Shown here: one piece after another, positions 62,142 to 64,000 of the stretch
How positions within the stretch are numbered: position 1 is the first letter of the stretch
Layout: each line of letters begins with the position of its first letter
Assembly (NCBI GenBank): GCA_964604165.1
Contig: CAZRYF010000001.1
Location: 55,481-119,480, forward strand
DNA from: an uncultured Enterobacterales bacterium
Lineage (GTDB): Bacteria > Myxococcota_A > UBA796 > CAJQPC01
Reading direction: 5' to 3'
Length of the DNA stretch: 64,000 nt
Position numbers and translations under genes: made by a program
Notes under the pieces: model-generated
What the model was told of the DNA's origin: nothing
Database searches by the model: none
What the model saw: the letters and a program-made list of their open reading frames with translations, nothing else

Positions 62142-63565
62142 GCGACGACTCTCTTCCGTTTGACAAGCTGCGCGAGGAATGTGGCGTAGTGGGAATATGG
62201 GGGGACCCAGAAGCGGCCAACCTGATCTACCTGTCCCTGCATTCGCTCCAGCACCGAGGGCAGGAGGGTGCGGGGATTGTCACCTCTGCAGGCGATCGGT
62301 TCAGCAGCTACCGGGGGCTTGGCCTCGTGGGGGAAGTCTTCTCCCCGGAACACCTGGAGCGCCTTCCCGGCTCCTGCGGCGTGGGCCACGTGCGCTACTC
62401 CACGACGGGAGCCAACAGCCAACGAAACGTGCAGCCCTTTCTGGTCCGGTACCAGAACGGCCAGGTGGCCATTGCCCACAACGGGAACCTGGTCAATGGG
62501 GTCAGCTTGCGCAGGGAGCTGGAGGCCCGGGGATCGATCTTCAACACGACCTCGGACACGGAGGTCATCCTCCACCTGATTGCCACGTCGACCCAGCAGA
62601 CTTTCGTGAATCGATTGGTCGATGCTCTGGCCCAGGTGCGCGGTGCCTACTCCCTCGTCCTGTTGACCGACGACATGCTCGTGGCGGTGAGAGACCCCCA
62701 GGGCTTTCGGCCTCTGGTCATGGGCCGCAAGGGAAACGCGGTGGTGTTTGCCTCGGAGACCTGCGCTCTTGATCTAATTGATGGGGAGCTGGACCGAGAG
62801 ATCGAGCCCGGGGAGATGGTGATTGTAGACAAAGACGGTCTGACCTCCCTGTCACCTTTTCCGCGCCAGTCCCGCAAGGCTTGTGTCTTTGAACACATCT
62901 ATTTTTCTCGTCCCAATTCCAAGACCTTTGGCGTGTCTGTGTATGAATCCAGGTACTTGATGGGCAAAGCCCTGGCGGGGGTGCAGCCCGTGGATGCGGA
63001 TGTGGTGATCGCCGTGCCGGATTCCGGAACGTCCGCAGCCTTGGGGTATTCCTTTGCCTCTCAGGTGCCCTTTCAGCAGGGCTTGATTCGTTCCCACTAC
63101 GTAGGCCGCACCTTTATCGAGCCGTCCCAGAGCATTCGGGACTTTGGGGTGAAGCTGAAGTTGTCGCCAGTGCGGGAAGTCATTGAAGGAAAGCGGGTGG
63201 TGGTGGTGGACGACTCTTTGGTGCGTGGGACCACTTCCAAGAAGATCGTGCGCATGCTTCGACAGGCCGGGGCCACGGAAGTTCATGTGCGGATTTGTTC
63301 CCCCCCTATTCGGGGATCCTGTTTTTATGGGGTGGATACCCCCACTCGAGACGAACTGATTGCCCACAAGATGTCCGAGGAGGCGATCTGCGACTACCTC
63401 AAGGCCGACTCCTTGTCGTACCTTCCGCTGAACGTGCTGCATGAGCAGCTTGGCGAGACATCTCCGACCTATTGTGATGCCTGCTTCTCCCTGGACTACC
63501 CCGTGGCGGTGGATCCAGAGGAGTCCAAGAGCCAGCTGGGCCTGTTTGTGGAGTCTGATCTATGA
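62138..63565 (+). CDS. purF: Amidophosphoribosyltransferase with a short propeptide and Fe-S cluster cysteines
   Basis: GTG at 62138 (GTGA overlap with the purL stop). Propeptide ...LREE precedes the catalytic CGVVGI. PRPP motif [13 protein letters not shown]. Cys ligands [12 protein letters not shown] and YCDACF. Confidence 0.85.
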   Translation: MSDDSLPFDKLREECGVVGIWGDPEAANLIYLSLHSLQHRGQEGAGIVTSAGDRFSSYRGLGLVGEVFSPEHLERLPGSCGVGHVRYSTTGANSQRNVQPFLVRYQNGQVAIAHNGNLVNGVSLRRELEARGSIFNTTSDTEVILHLIATSTQQTFVNRLVDALAQVRGAYSLVLLTDDMLVAVRDPQGFRPLVMGRKGNAVVFASETCALDLIDGELDREIEPGEMVIVDKDGLTSLSPFPRQSRKACVFEHIYFSRPNSKTFGVSVYESRYLMGKALAGVQPVDADVVIAVPDSGTSAALGYSFASQVPFQQGLIRSHYVGRTFIEPSQSIRDFGVKLKLSPVREVIEGKRVVVVDDSLVRGTTSKKIVRMLRQAGATEVHVRICSPPIRGSCFYGVDTPTRDELIAHKMSEEAICDYLKADSLSYLPLNVLHEQLGETSPTYCDACFSLDYPVAVDPEESKSQLGLFVESDL

Positions 63566-64000
63566 TCGTGTCCTCACCTGAACGGGGGGGCATGGGCGCG
63601 GTCATTGGAATTGACTTGGGAACGACCAACACGGTCGTGGCGGTGGTGGAAGGCGGCCGTCCACGGGTGTTGGAGGATTCCAGGGGCTACCGGGTGATTC
63701 CGTCCTGTGTGGCGGCGAAGGAGAGTGGGCGTTTTGTGGTGGGGCATGCGGCGAAGAGCATGATCCTGACGCATCCGGACCGCACGGTCTATGCGGTGAA
63801 GAGGCTCCTGGGGCGACCCTTCGATGCGGAGGAGACCCGGGAGGCTGTGTCTCGGGTGGGCTACCACGCGGAGTCCACAGAGGAGGGTTGGGTGCAGCTG
63901 CAGGTAGGGGAGGGGACGATGTCTCCGGTGGAGGTGATCGCCGTGGTACTTCGCGTGGCCCGGGAGACCGCCGAGGCGGTGCTTGGCGAGCCGGTACAGG
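63562..64000 (+). CDS. Hsp70/DnaK-family chaperone paralogue (3' end outside the window)
   Basis: ATGA overlap with the purF stop. AVIGIDLGTTNTVVAVV and VYAVKRLLGR motifs. The open frame runs to the window end. An alternative ATG lies at 63592. Confidence 0.8.
   Translation, partial: MIVSSPERGGMGAVIGIDLGTTNTVVAVVEGGRPRVLEDSRGYRVIPSCVAAKESGRFVVGHAAKSMILTHPDRTVYAVKRLLGRPFDAEETREAVSRVGYHAESTEEGWVQLQVGEGTMSPVEVIAVVLRVARETAEAVLGEPVQ

Overview
High-GC (about 65% by eye) chromosomal segment from a diderm bacterium. Support for this: lipid A/LPS genes, many lipobox lipoproteins and sigma-54 promoters. The lipoprotein style suggests Myxococcota or a similar lineage, but this cannot be confirmed without searches. 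I found no rRNA, CRISPR, transposase, integrase or prophage genes. Gene order, left to right: (1) lipid A cluster: msbA, a fused waaA-lpxK gene, an lpxL-family acyltransferase and a Trm112/YcaR-like protein; (2) a KptA-like/Nudix fusion; (3) a PAS/sigma-54 enhancer-binding protein; (4) a sigma-54-driven sulfur-oxidation operon: persulfide dioxygenase, split YeeE/YedE, YeiH and a sulfite dehydrogenase::cytochrome c fusion; (5) lipoprotein genes, including an exported rhodanese; (6) an OPA-family MFS transporter; (7) a Liv-type ABC importer with an embedded acyl-CoA synthetase; (8) a lipoprotein operon: two-lobed retropepsin-TPR protease, SNase-LTD nuclease and an FG-GAP protein; (9) lgt, yqeY and an acyl-CoA carboxylase operon; (10) a PduO-type adenosyltransferase; (11) tRNA-Leu(CAA); (12) purS-purQ-purL-purF followed by a coupled Hsp70 gene, which is cut off at the window end. 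The most unusual region is a six-gene minus-strand operon at 40833-56023. Its last five genes are joined by ATGA stop/start overlaps. It is built around very large, divergent homologues of the poly-gamma-glutamate synthase subunits PgsB (Mur-ligase-like) and PgsC. Alongside them are a CHASE2 membrane protein, a secreted PghP/FGase-like putative amidohydrolase (degenerate copies of which are fused to the PgsC-like protein) and two giant secreted proteins with no recognisable domains. All homology calls come from reading motifs by eye and from memory of reference proteins; no database search was run. Many long ORFs in the track are antisense shadow ORFs typical of high-GC DNA and were rejected.
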